Positions 27,840 to 37,688 of a stretch of 44,499 bases of DNA are shown here, piece by piece. Position 1 is the stretch's first letter. Each line of letters opens with the position of its first letter. The stretch is from Candidatus Parcubacteria bacterium (GTDB lineage Bacteria > Patescibacteriota > Minisyncoccia > UBA6257 > 2-01-FULL-56-20): the NCBI GenBank assembly GCA_027355945.1, contig DAIEHA010000007.1, positions 1 to 44,499 on the forward strand, written 5' to 3'. Under the pieces are notes generated by a model. That model was not told the origin of the DNA. It did not search any database and saw nothing but the letters and a program-made list of their open reading frames with translations. A program made the translations under genes and the position numbers.

Positions 27840-29897
27840 TTATGGCCACGGCAGCGGAAGTTTCACGCCTACGAACGAATTCATCCCTGTGTACGTGGTC
27901 GCCATCTGCCCCGTGGGGATCGCAATGCCCCAATAGAACGTGGAACTTTCCACCGCGATCGTGGATGTGGGTTTCGGAAGATCGATCGCCACCGTCGATC
28001 CCGGATTGGGAAGCAACGCCGTTCCTGATGCATAGGAGATCACGGATGTCGCGAAGTGCTGCTGTCCCACGGGGATGCTGAACGACCCGTTCACCATGTT
28101 CGTGCCGTAGACGTCCACGTTCATCGCGACATTTCCCATCGATTGGATGACCGATGCAGGACCAAGGCTCGCGGTGCCGGAACCCTGCGTGAGGTTCCCG
28201 TAATTTATCGTCGAGGTGGTCTCGAACGCAAGGAGCGAGAGCAGCGTCACGCCGGTGGAGGATGCCGTGCCCGTAGCGCCGGCCGAGTCCACCGCAAGCA
28301 TCGAAGCCGACCAGGAATCCCCCGCCCACGGCGTCGATGCGTCCGTCGGCTGGGCGAAATACGCTACATGGAAATTGCAGGTCACGTTACAGGACGTTCC
28401 CGCGCAGTTACTGAATGAACAATCGCTCGGAACGCCTTGATAGCAATCATTCGGATCCGGCGTGCATGCCGGCCCGAGACTCGTGCGATAAAGGGTGCTC
28501 GTGACCGTCTGGACATCGGTATAGCCGTTGCCATCACTCACGGTTGCGGTCGCGGTGATGAGCGTCGTGGTCCCCTCGATGAGCGCGATGCTCTGTCCGC
28601 CGTTCAAGGTGACCGAGTTTATCGTCGGAGGGACGTTCCCGATGGTGACCTCCGGGTATGCGGCATAGGAGGTAAAGGCGGTGCCGTTCGATTCCACGGC
28701 GCGAAAGCAGAACGTGGACCCTCCGGGCGCACTGTTGTCGATGAGCGCGAAGTCCCACTTGCCATCCTCTCCGGCAGGAATGGCGCCCTGCGAATTGGTG
28801 AACGGGTTTGCTTCCCCATAGGTCTGATTCACGATCGTGTTCGTCCCGTCGATGGGATCGGTGGATGTGGGAATGAGAGGATCGCCGTTCGCGGGGGTGG
28901 GGTTGTTGTAATATTCGATGTATCCCGTCGAGGTCGCCACGTCGGCATACGCCCCCGTCGGCGCCGCGCACGTACCCGTCCCCATAGTAGCCATCTGGAG
29001 CTTGAAGGAACGGTTTCCCGCCGCAAGCGGATTCGTCGTCACATTGATGAGCATGCGGAGGCGGAAGGGCGCCGTAAGCGATGCGAGTACCGTCGATGCA
29101 TTCTGCAATGCGAGCGGGGGCCCGACGCCTGCGCTGTCCGTGTTCGAGAACCATCGGAATGCCGACTGCGTGAACGTGATCTGCGCCCTGAAGCTCACGA
29201 TCTGCCCGATCCATGCGCCCGATGCCGCCGCGGTGCCGACGGTGGAATAGGTCCCTGTTGCGTTCACCACGCGGTCCGCGCCGCTGTAGGTCGCACGGGT
29301 ATTGTGACTGCCATTCACGTTCGCAAAGTCATTTTCTTTCGTGAAGGAATTGCTCCAGGAAGAGAATGTCGTTTGCGCCACGATGGTGGTGGCGGCGAAG
29401 ATAAGTTCATCGGGCTGGGTCGTCGTGATGGATACGCCGTTCGTCGCCGTACCGGTGCCCGTCGTGGAGGTCGCCTGATCGAGCGGATTGGAGACCGATA
29501 GCCCGCTATATTCGTAAATATGGAGACCGAGCTGCAGCGAGGTTGCCGTCGTCACCGTGACCGCGGTCGGTTCGGCGGAACCCGCCAACTTATAAAAAAT
29601 GGCCTGGCTCGCCGTACCGCTCATATTGAGCGCCGCGGACCAGCCGGTCGGCACGTTGATGCCCGTATTTCCGCTCGCGCCGAGCACCGCGATCAGAAGA
29701 TCCCCGGAGGTCGGCGTCACGCCGAACGTCGCCGTCACGGTGTTCGCACTGCCGCCCGCGCTCGTATTGCTCGCCGTCTGCACGAGCGTCGTCGTGGCGT
29801 GAGCGAACGGCCACAGCACGAATATCCGGCTTACCGCAAGCCATGCGAGGAGTAAACCGGCAACAATGATGCCAAGGGAGTAGATGCGGCGCATCAT
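27840..29897 (-). CDS. secreted multidomain protein with C-terminal WxL/pilin-like domain (class B)
   Basis: Signal peptide (FAHA); C-terminal 260 aa paralogous to the 21811..23661 product (INYGNL...YWGIAIP...YTGMNSFVGV). Confidence 0.8.
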   Translation of the reverse strand: MMRRIYSLGIIVAGLLLAWLAVSRIFVLWPFAHATTTLVQTASNTSAGGSANTVTATFGVTPTSGDLLIAVLGASGNTGINVPTGWSAALNMSGTASQAIFYKLAGSAEPTAVTVTTATSLQLGLHIYEYSGLSVSNPLDQATSTTGTGTATNGVSITTTQPDELIFAATTIVAQTTFSSWSNSFTKENDFANVNGSHNTRATYSGADRVVNATGTYSTVGTAAASGAWIGQIVSFRAQITFTQSAFRWFSNTDSAGVGPPLALQNASTVLASLTAPFRLRMLINVTTNPLAAGNRSFKLQMATMGTGTCAAPTGAYADVATSTGYIEYYNNPTPANGDPLIPTSTDPIDGTNTIVNQTYGEANPFTNSQGAIPAGEDGKWDFALIDNSAPGGSTFCFRAVESNGTAFTSYAAYPEVTIGNVPPTINSVTLNGGQSIALIEGTTTLITATATVSDGNGYTDVQTVTSTLYRTSLGPACTPDPNDCYQGVPSDCSFSNCAGTSCNVTCNFHVAYFAQPTDASTPWAGDSWSASMLAVDSAGATGTASSTGVTLLSLLAFETTSTINYGNLTQGSGTASLGPASVIQSMGNVAMNVDVYGTNMVNGSFSIPVGQQHFATSVISYASGTALLPNPGSTVAIDLPKPTSTIAVESSTFYWGIAIPTGQMATTYTGMNSFVGVKLPLPWP

Positions 29898-29943
29898 GGT
29901 GTCATTTTACCATGCTCGCGGCCGCATCCATCCCTCTCGTCCT

Positions 29944-31959
29944 TTATTTCACCACAAGATTGAACTGGCAGAAGTTGGGGAGGACCCTCCCGTCCGTTTG
30001 CCGCTCTTTATATATGACGATCACGCCGTATGAGCCCGGTACCGTTGAAGGGGTTATGGTAAGACCGATCGTGTCGATCCCGGACGGCCCTCCGGGGACT
30101 ACGGTCCCGGTCACGCCCGTAGGCAGCGACCCAAGCGAAGCCTGATAGATCGGTGCGACCATGGGCGCCGGGGGCGGGATCGGAGGCGGAGGATACATCG
30201 TTGCCGACGATGCCGTTGCCGACGAGCTTGGCGCAACCGCCGGAGGCGGAGGCTGCGCGACCATCGAAAGGACGTAGGACACGCTCCCTCCGGGATATGC
30301 CTCGTTCGAGAACGGGGTAACGGAACATCGCTGTTCCGCCGAAGGATCGAACACATCCCGGAGCGCGTTCACGGGGGGCGTCGAGGAGGCGGATGCCGCG
30401 GAAGATGAGCTTTGTGAGAACACCGTGCTCGTGGAAGCCGATTGGTCCGTACCCGGAGCTATCGTACCGTTCGGCGCGTCGGCATAATCCACCTCAACCC
30501 CTATCGAATCAAGGTATACCTTCGGGGAATCCGTGGCGTTCAATCCCACAAGCGCCACTTGGAGATGCTGAAGCTCCTGCCATGAATAGATCGGTATGGA
30601 ATACCGCGCCGTCTGCCAATTCCCCGCGTTCACATCCACGACCGGCTGCCACGTGACGCCATCCGTCGAATACATGATGGCGAGAAAATCCCCCGGTGCG
30701 CCAGGCGGAAGCGTGATATTCTGGAACACCGATGTGTTCATTGTGATGGGAGCGGGTGCGGTAGTGGTCGAGGGGATGCCCTCTGTAAGCGAAGAGGTTG
30801 CTGTGGCAGCAGTGTTCGTCGACGATGCGGGCGATGCAGGCGATGCGGGAGCGGGAGCCGCAGCCGCAGAAGACGATGGTGCGCTGTCGTGCGCCGCAAC
30901 AACCGAGGATGCGTTTTCGGCAAACGCGGTCGGAACGATATTGAACAGCCACGACGTTCCAGATGACGATGCTGTCGTAGGTGACGGTGCGGGGGTCGGA
31001 GCGGGGGCGGGGGTTGGGGTTGGGGTTGATGCTGCACTAGATGCGGACGTAGGAGCGGGTGCGGGAGCGGGCGTGGGTGCGGGAGCGGACGTAGGAGTAG
31101 GCGTAGGTGTGGAGCTTGCACTAGATGCGGGCGCGGGCGCCGATGAAACAGTATTCGTATTCGCGGTCGCAGGGGTCGAAATCGGCGCGGGCGCCGATGT
31201 CTTCGTCATGTCGTTGCTCGCGGAAGCTGGAATGGAATTCGGGGAAGAGGTTGCGGTCGAAGCGGGCGCGGACACGCTTCCGGAATCCGTTGTGGATGCT
31301 GATGGCGCGCCTCCCGCCGCCGGAACGGAAACGGAGGATGATGCTATTGCAGCCGTGGACGATGCGAGGATCTTCGAACCTGTCGATGATGAGGCGCTCC
31401 CTTCCGTGGCAGAAGAAGTGGCTGCCTGTCCCGTGATCGCTCCATCCGTCGAGGTTGCTATGGGAACAGCCTCTGCCGATCCCCCTCCGGCCGCAGCGGG
31501 AATCGGCGCAATGGCCGCATACCAGGAAAGGACGAGCGACGCCGCACGGAACTGCTTCGCCTCAAGGTCCGCGATGTTCGTCTGTCCCGAAAAATTCCCG
31601 CAGAACATCTGCGCGTGCCCCGTCGAGAACACCGCCGAATTGAGCGGGGTGAACGCCGCTGCAGGCGCGCCGGGCGGAAGATCGGGCGCACCGAGCGCAT
31701 TCTGGACGTTGTCCCACGAACCAAGGCACGATGAAGGATAGAAATCCGCGGTGCTCGCGAACCCTATCATGAAGGAATATGCGAACCCGCCCGCTGCAAG
31801 CACCCCGCACATCGCAAGGAACCATGCTTTATGCGTTTTGATGAACGCGCGGACGCTCCGCGCGCTTATCTCGAACTGGACGCGATACGTCCGCTCGCGA
31901 AGCATCACCGTCCCTCCCCGGGAACTCTCTCGTATATCCCTTATCTTTTTTCCCTTCAT
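29944..31959 (-). CDS. membrane-anchored protein with long Pro/Ala/Ser/Thr-rich insert
   Basis: N-terminal TM, globular segments flanking about 270 aa of low complexity, C-terminal Ig-like segment. Confidence 0.75.
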   Translation of the reverse strand: MKGKKIRDIRESSRGGTVMLRERTYRVQFEISARSVRAFIKTHKAWFLAMCGVLAAGGFAYSFMIGFASTADFYPSSCLGSWDNVQNALGAPDLPPGAPAAAFTPLNSAVFSTGHAQMFCGNFSGQTNIADLEAKQFRAASLVLSWYAAIAPIPAAAGGGSAEAVPIATSTDGAITGQAATSSATEGSASSSTGSKILASSTAAIASSSVSVPAAGGAPSASTTDSGSVSAPASTATSSPNSIPASASNDMTKTSAPAPISTPATANTNTVSSAPAPASSASSTPTPTPTSAPAPTPAPAPAPTSASSAASTPTPTPAPAPTPAPSPTTASSSGTSWLFNIVPTAFAENASSVVAAHDSAPSSSAAAAPAPASPASPASSTNTAATATSSLTEGIPSTTTAPAPITMNTSVFQNITLPPGAPGDFLAIMYSTDGVTWQPVVDVNAGNWQTARYSIPIYSWQELQHLQVALVGLNATDSPKVYLDSIGVEVDYADAPNGTIAPGTDQSASTSTVFSQSSSSAASASSTPPVNALRDVFDPSAEQRCSVTPFSNEAYPGGSVSYVLSMVAQPPPPAVAPSSSATASSATMYPPPPIPPPAPMVAPIYQASLGSLPTGVTGTVVPGGPSGIDTIGLTITPSTVPGSYGVIVIYKERQTDGRVLPNFCQFNLVVK
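30975..31145 (-). repeat. PT/PA dipeptide-coding degenerate tandem repeats
   Basis: Encodes STPTPTPTSAPAPTPAPAPAPTSASSAASTPTPTPAPAPTPAPSP; tgcactagatgcgg occurs at 31033 and 31117. Confidence 0.75.
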
Positions 31960-33791
31960 CGCTTCGCTTCCCTCTCTTCCTCGCCCTCGTTCAATGCGCG
32001 ATCGACGTCGTCGACCTCCTTCGCGATGGTCGATTCGGAGATGGCAAGCGCATTCCTCATCGCATCGAGCACGTTCTCCGGCTCGAGTTTGATCTCGCCC
32101 TGTGCCGCCGCCGCGCCGCCCTCCATGTGGTTGATCTGGTCATCCACCTCCTCGCGCAACGCCTCGAATACCGCCTTCGTCTTCTGGCGCACATCCTCAT
32201 TCTCCCTCTTCGCGAGCGAGATGTGAATATCGTTTATCTTCTTCCGATAGAACCCGTACGTCACAAGTCCGCCGATGAACGAAAGAAGCAGGACGATGAT
32301 GATCCATCCGAACCGGTCGAGGAACGGTGCCGCAAGGACGTTCATCGGCGCGCCCGCGGTCGTGCTCGCAAACGCGCCCTGCGTCGTGACCATCGACGCG
32401 ACAAGCGTGTATCTCCCTCCAGGAAGACCGCCTTCCACCGCATAGAGCCAATGCCCCGTCGCATCCGCCACCATCTTCCCCTCGGACACCGTCTTTCCGG
32501 TCGAGTCATCGATATCGAGTGTCACGTTTGCGCCGCTATCCGCAACGCCTTCGATCACGATCGGGGACTGTTCGATCACCGTCGCCGGGAAATTCGTGAT
32601 CTCCGGACTTCCGATCCCTGAAATCTGGAATTGGCCGTCGGCCTCCGTGCTGTTGCCGGCCTTGTCTATCGCGAAGATGGCGACCGTATGCTTGCCCGGC
32701 AGGAGCGGCGGAGCGGTGTAGACCCCATTCTGCATATCCGAAAGCGCGATCGTCGACGACGCCCCTCCATCGAAGATCACCTCATAATGGTCCACCCCCG
32801 AAACCGTATCCGTCGCATTGAACGCGATCGTCGTCCTTCCTGAGATTCCCGCGCCCGGTGCGATCGTGAGCGTGAACGGCAGCGGGGACGTAAGGTCGAT
32901 CTGCACCGGCATGGCCATGGGATCACTCCAATCCCCCAGCGCATCCTCGAAGCGCACATGGAAATACCACACTCCTTCCCCGATGTTGGAATATTGCTTG
33001 CTTGAAATGAGGCCCTCGGACACCCTCTTGGGATACGTGTTGGGATTCCTATCGAACGCCGTGCTCACCCCCGCGACGTCGGGCGTCAGCTTCCATGAGA
33101 AGGATGGGTTCGGATTGCTGTACCACTTGGTGGGATCGGGATGCGTCGGCGAAGTGATCGTCACCGCAGGCGTGAACGACGAGGGGGTGCTCACGGGCTG
33201 GGCCGCCTGTCCCGACGATCCGCCTCCTTGGCTTGCCGCCGCAGCCTGACTCGCGGATGAGGGGGCAGGTGCGGGAGCGGCGGCACTGATGGTGAATGTG
33301 GCGCCCGTCGTTCCTCCGAGAGCGCTCGTCCCCTGGCCATCCGCCGCAAGCGCATCCGCGGACGCGAATTGGAGCGATGCGCTTCCCGCCTTCAATGCTT
33401 TGAATGTGACATCGAACACGTCGCCGGCATCGCCGGTGTACGCGTTGTTGCTCCCTCCGCTGAAATTCACGGTGCCATCCGTATTCGAGAACGAGGGATC
33501 GTTCACCCAAAGGTTGAACACCGAATTTCCCTTTGAGATGCTCTCGGCGGCCAGCATCGTGGGATCGAATGTGATCTTGCCGTCGGCGGCGTTCACTCCC
33601 ACGCCTCCTCCGCTCGCAAGCATGACGCTCACCGTGAATGTCTGGCCCACGGAATACGAACCGCTTGCCGGAGAAATGGATAATGAAGCCCCTCCCGCGG
33701 CCTTCGTATGCGGGGACGGGAGGATGAATGCCGCAACGAGGAACGCAGCGGCGACAATGCTACTTCCCAGCCTGATCCTTTGATGGTTCAT
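31956..33791 (-). CDS. cohesin-domain protein with Ig-like stalk, TM anchor and cytoplasmic coiled-coil tail (cohesin 1)
   Basis: SLSISPASGSYSVGQTFTVSV..VNAADGKITFDP..SVFNLWV..NFSGG; SPTHPDPTKWY; GVDHYEV; TM WIIIVLLLSFIGG; start ATG 33791. Confidence 0.85.
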   Translation of the reverse strand: MNHQRIRLGSSIVAAAFLVAAFILPSPHTKAAGGASLSISPASGSYSVGQTFTVSVMLASGGGVGVNAADGKITFDPTMLAAESISKGNSVFNLWVNDPSFSNTDGTVNFSGGSNNAYTGDAGDVFDVTFKALKAGSASLQFASADALAADGQGTSALGGTTGATFTISAAAPAPAPSSASQAAAASQGGGSSGQAAQPVSTPSSFTPAVTITSPTHPDPTKWYSNPNPSFSWKLTPDVAGVSTAFDRNPNTYPKRVSEGLISSKQYSNIGEGVWYFHVRFEDALGDWSDPMAMPVQIDLTSPLPFTLTIAPGAGISGRTTIAFNATDTVSGVDHYEVIFDGGASSTIALSDMQNGVYTAPPLLPGKHTVAIFAIDKAGNSTEADGQFQISGIGSPEITNFPATVIEQSPIVIEGVADSGANVTLDIDDSTGKTVSEGKMVADATGHWLYAVEGGLPGGRYTLVASMVTTQGAFASTTAGAPMNVLAAPFLDRFGWIIIVLLLSFIGGLVTYGFYRKKINDIHISLAKRENEDVRQKTKAVFEALREEVDDQINHMEGGAAAAQGEIKLEPENVLDAMRNALAISESTIAKEVDDVDRALNEGEEEREAKR

Positions 33792-34362
33792 CCGGAATTT
33801 CTTTAACCGAAAGCCTCTTCCCCTCTCCGGGGTGCTTCGCGGGCAATACGATGCGGAGCACTCCCCGCTCAAGGGACGCTTCCGCCTCCCCGCTATCGAA
33901 CGGTGCGGGAAGATAGACCTTCCTGTACCATTTCTTCCATTTCGTCTCCTGTTTCACATACCGCCCCTTCTCATCCCGATCGCCATCCTTCGCACCGGGA
34001 AGCGGAGGCGGCGCAGGACGCTGCTGTTCCGCTCGGATCGTGAGGGTGTTCGCTTCTTCGCTCATCACTATTTCGAGGCCGTCCTTCGCGACACCGGGCA
34101 ATTGCGCCACTACCACCATCCTTTCATCCGACTGGAAAAGGTCTATGTCGAGGGGTTCCGTCCCATCAGGAGGAAGATCGCTTCCTTGGTCCACTGCAAT
34201 GGATACCGGAGGTTCCCCGGGCCGTTGCGGCTGGTCCACGCGCTCTCCTGTGGCTTTGAAGGATGCCGTCCTCGAAGACGCGGACGGCGCCGGCGCGGCG
34301 GGTACCGCATCGGGATTGACTTCGTTCAGTTTGCTTTCGAGCTTCTGGTAGAACGAGAGCAT
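33760..34362 (-). CDS. Hsp20/alpha-crystallin family small heat-shock protein
   Basis: PLDIDLFQ..VVVAQLPGV..LTIRAE..YRKVYLP..ASLERGVLRIVLP; start ATG 34362. Confidence 0.88.
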   Translation of the reverse strand: MLSFYQKLESKLNEVNPDAVPAAPAPSASSRTASFKATGERVDQPQRPGEPPVSIAVDQGSDLPPDGTEPLDIDLFQSDERMVVVAQLPGVAKDGLEIVMSEEANTLTIRAEQQRPAPPPLPGAKDGDRDEKGRYVKQETKWKKWYRKVYLPAPFDSGEAEASLERGVLRIVLPAKHPGEGKRLSVKEIPDEPSKDQAGK

Positions 34363-34399
34363 ATTATATCTAAGTATACCACACCTCTTCGCCGCTCCC

Positions 34400-36088
34400 T
34401 CATCCTGTCCAGTTGTACAGCATGATACTGAGATCGGGGAGATCAACGACGCCATCGCCGTTCAGGTCTCCCGGGGACCATGCCTCTCCCCAATGGAAGA
34501 GGAGTATGGAAAAATCCACGAGATTCACCTTCCCATCGCCGTTCAGGTCTCCTTTTCCTCTGGGTTTCGGCACCGTGCCCACACCAAGATAGGATATGCT
34601 CGAAAAAGGGCTCTGCGTGTAGGCGGGAAGGAACGCCCTCGCTTTGATCTGATAGGTATCGGCCGGGAATCCTCCCGTTGAAAGACCGTAAGACCACGCT
34701 CCCGTCGCATTCGCGGTCGTGGTCGCCGTCACGGGAGCCTGTGCGCCGCTCTGGCTCGTCACCACGATTTCCACGGTCGAGGATGGTTCGGCGACGCCCG
34801 CGATCGTCGCGGTCCCTCCGATACCCACCGTGCTCGTGGCAAATGAAAGTCCCGGGGGGAGCAGGATGTTCGTGATCTGGTTCGTCGTCCCCGAAATGAG
34901 CGTGATCGTCGTCGTATACGAGGCGATCGCGGTCCCACCCGTACCGTTCTCAAGGAGCGTGAATGAATATGTCCCTTCCGGCATCGGCGGGATGGTGACG
35001 GAGAAATTCCCCGCGCTGTCCGCGATGGTGGAAGCGCTCGGCAGCAGAACGCCGTCCTCGAGCACCGAGATACTGACGTTCGGCAGCGCGATGCCCGAGA
35101 TGGCGAGCGCCGGCTCCGCCGGCCCTGCAGGATATGGCGCACCGCCGCCTCCGCCGCCTCCGCCTCCGCCCGAATAGGATTGGCCCGACGTCCCGCCGCC
35201 CAACCCGGTACCCGTCGGATCGCCCGCAATGAAAGAGATGACGTAATCGCTCGTATCGGTGTTCCCCGTAAAATCCATGCAGCGCGCATAGAGCGTATAC
35301 GTGGTCCCCTTGGTGATGCCGGTGATCGTCGTATATTGGAACGTCCCCGTATAGTCGCTCGAAAACGTCCCCGTCATCGCGCTATAGCTCACCCCCGAGG
35401 ATGTCGCATACCGACACGTGGAATACGTATCCGCATTGAACGATACGACGACCCCGAGAACGTTCGAGGGGATCGTGCCCGTCGGCAGCGCATTGGAGAG
35501 GACCGGCGGCGTGGTCCGATACTGGTTCACGTCGACACCGACCGCGGGAAGGATCGCGACCATCGCCGAACCGTAATCGATCGCGGTCCCCGAAGCGGCA
35601 TTCGTATCGATAAAGATGCGATAGGACGCCGTCGATGATGGATTGGTTATCTCATATCCTCCCGGTATGCCCAAGATCATTTTCACATATGCCCCCGGAG
35701 GAACGGAGGCTCCCGACGGCATGGCAACCGTGATCGGTCCCGTCCCCGGAACGATGGAGACCCCCGCATCCGAAATTCCCGCGGAAGGCCCCACCGCCCA
35801 CGGCACGAATCCGCCGGTCGGTGAAGACGTGGAGACCGCGAACGAAACATCCGTGTAATTGAAGGAGGGGTCCAATAAGAATGCATCGTTCTCGAACGAA
35901 ATGACCGCGGAGCCCGATGCGGGGATCCCTCCGGGGACGCCGAACACGATCGTGTGGGTCGTCGGCCATGAGGGCCGCGAATCCCCGATCGTATCGCTCA
36001 CATGGGACATGACCGCGGCATGCGCGAACTGCGGGATCGCGGACGCGCATATCCATATCGCCGCCAAAAGCAACAGATATCGTTTCAC
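34400..36088 (-). CDS. secreted dockerin-domain protein whose N-terminal domain is shared with the 37689..38822 subunit
   Basis: Signal peptide (FAHA); C-terminal DLNGDGKVNLVDF / DLNGDGVVDLPDL; poly-Gly linker; two Ig-like domains. Confidence 0.85.
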   Translation of the reverse strand: MKRYLLLLAAIWICASAIPQFAHAAVMSHVSDTIGDSRPSWPTTHTIVFGVPGGIPASGSAVISFENDAFLLDPSFNYTDVSFAVSTSSPTGGFVPWAVGPSAGISDAGVSIVPGTGPITVAMPSGASVPPGAYVKMILGIPGGYEITNPSSTASYRIFIDTNAASGTAIDYGSAMVAILPAVGVDVNQYRTTPPVLSNALPTGTIPSNVLGVVVSFNADTYSTCRYATSSGVSYSAMTGTFSSDYTGTFQYTTITGITKGTTYTLYARCMDFTGNTDTSDYVISFIAGDPTGTGLGGGTSGQSYSGGGGGGGGGGAPYPAGPAEPALAISGIALPNVSISVLEDGVLLPSASTIADSAGNFSVTIPPMPEGTYSFTLLENGTGGTAIASYTTTITLISGTTNQITNILLPPGLSFATSTVGIGGTATIAGVAEPSSTVEIVVTSQSGAQAPVTATTTANATGAWSYGLSTGGFPADTYQIKARAFLPAYTQSPFSSISYLGVGTVPKPRGKGDLNGDGKVNLVDFSILLFHWGEAWSPGDLNGDGVVDLPDLSIMLYNWTG

Positions 36089-36100
36089 CCTTTTATGGTA

Positions 36101-36544
36101 TCACGCCGCGGTCGGCGTTTCCTTCCCTTGTCCCATCCCCCTCTCCATGCGTTCGCGCCGTGCCCCGAGGTGGAAACTGAGTCCGACAAAAAACGCAGCG
36201 ATCCCCACCGCCACCATGAGATACCAGGGCACCGCCGAAGACGATGCGGGAGATCCCTTCGCCGCTTGGGATGCAAGCGCAGCCTTCTGGGACGCAAGGT
36301 CCGCAGCCTCCATGTCGAGCTGGGTCTTTTCCTGGCTCAATTGCGCGTTCAAAGTATTATACGGATTCGGCGCAACACCCACGACCACGCCCACCTGCGC
36401 AAGCATGCTCTTCGCCGGCGCAAATCCTCCCGGCGTTCTTGCGATGAAAAAGGTGCTTCCCACGACGACCGTTACGGCCGCCGCCATGAGTATCGTTCCT
36501 ATCCTTGCGTGTGGCATGCGCATGCCGGAAGCAGGACTATCCAA
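36101..36544 (-). CDS. small membrane protein with two TM segments and a short coiled coil
   Basis: Hydrophobic N- and C-terminal segments flanking NPYNTLNAQLSQEKTQLDMEAADL; start uncertain. Confidence 0.7.
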   Translation of the reverse strand: MDSPASGMRMPHARIGTILMAAAVTVVVGSTFFIARTPGGFAPAKSMLAQVGVVVGVAPNPYNTLNAQLSQEKTQLDMEAADLASQKAALASQAAKGSPASSSAVPWYLMVAVGIAAFFVGLSFHLGARRERMERGMGQGKETPTAA

Positions 36545-37640
36545 AGAAGAAGAACAGGATCATCAGGAATATGATCGCGAAGACCACCGTCGCCACGAGG
36601 ATGAAGACAAGGCGGGAGAACGGAAGCCTTCCTTCAGCGAGGAGTCGCTCCTCGGCGGAGATGGATGCTGCATTGCCCTGGCGGCCCCCGGTCATGGCCG
36701 CGATCCGCCTCCTCACATACGCCCTCACGCCCCAGATGAATCCGAAGACGATAAGCACGAGGATGATGAGAAGTGCGAGTATCGGCACGATCGGGATGAT
36801 CCAGAAGGAGGTCTCCTGGGACACCGTCTTCTGGGCGTTATCCCCGTAGGTAAGGGACATCACCGCATCGAACCTCCCCATCATGAACCCTCCGCTCGTC
36901 CAATTCACCGTGAATGTCCGGTCCTGTCCCGGAAAGATCGCGTCATTCGAATCATTCATGATGACCGTCCCCACCTTCTGTCCGAACATGTTCGTGATAT
37001 CGATCGGGCCGCGCGGGCGGAGCAGGACATTCCCGGTATCGGCCGCATCTGCCGCAAACGTCACGTTCGCATCCTGATAAAGACCCTTGTCCGTGGAGAA
37101 AGAACGTATCTCTGCCGTCTCATTCGCCTGTCCCGCGATCCTGAAATCGAGGAGCGAACCCACCTCATACCCGATGCCGGTCCCCGTAAACTGAGGGCGC
37201 GTGGCGCCATAGGTCACGAAAATCGCCCCATAATGGCCGCCGGGGGCGGCGGTCGAGGGGACGTTCACGGTGAACGGTACGATGACGGCCCCGCCTGCGG
37301 GGATGGTGATCACCGGACTCTGGATGCTCACCCAGGAAGTGATGCCGTATTCGGGCACCGAGGAGCTGCTGAACACCGGTTCGCCACCGCTGTTGAGGCC
37401 CGAGATGTCCTTCACGCTCACCGTGTAGGTCCGCGATACGGGATCCGGATTCGTGACGGTGATCGATGTCGAAAACTTATCGCCGGGATTCACGATCTGC
37501 TGGAAGATCGCGGGCTGCACCTTCACCCCTGTCGCATTGGCTCCCGGGGTTCCCGGAGCGGACTGCGCGAATGCGATCCCTCCAATAAGAGTCGCGACGG
37601 CTGCACCGGCAAGGACCGCTCCCCACGCCTTTTTCTTCAT
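36537..37640 (-). CDS. DUF916/WxL-interacting-like membrane-anchored protein
   Basis: VKVQPAI..VNPGD..ITVTN, ITSWVSI..IPAG..VPFTVNVPSTAAPGGHYGAI, DTGNVLLRPRG; two C-terminal TM helices. Confidence 0.8.
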   Translation of the reverse strand: MKKKAWGAVLAGAAVATLIGGIAFAQSAPGTPGANATGVKVQPAIFQQIVNPGDKFSTSITVTNPDPVSRTYTVSVKDISGLNSGGEPVFSSSSVPEYGITSWVSIQSPVITIPAGGAVIVPFTVNVPSTAAPGGHYGAIFVTYGATRPQFTGTGIGYEVGSLLDFRIAGQANETAEIRSFSTDKGLYQDANVTFAADAADTGNVLLRPRGPIDITNMFGQKVGTVIMNDSNDAIFPGQDRTFTVNWTSGGFMMGRFDAVMSLTYGDNAQKTVSQETSFWIIPIVPILALLIILVLIVFGFIWGVRAYVRRRIAAMTGGRQGNAASISAEERLLAEGRLPFSRLVFILVATVVFAIIFLMILFFFFG

Positions 37641-37688
37641 TACATGCATCGTATCATGCGCCGCCGCACCCTTTCAAGCCTTGAGGGC

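Noticed and set aside
30975-31145. CRISPR array or non-coding tandem repeat
   Set aside because: Repeats are in-frame Pro-Thr/Pro-Ala codons with no repeat-spacer structure and no cas genes
18563-36088. Cellulosome interpretation of the cohesins and dockerins
   Set aside because: No glycoside hydrolase or multi-cohesin scaffoldin recognised; each cohesin is single and membrane anchored
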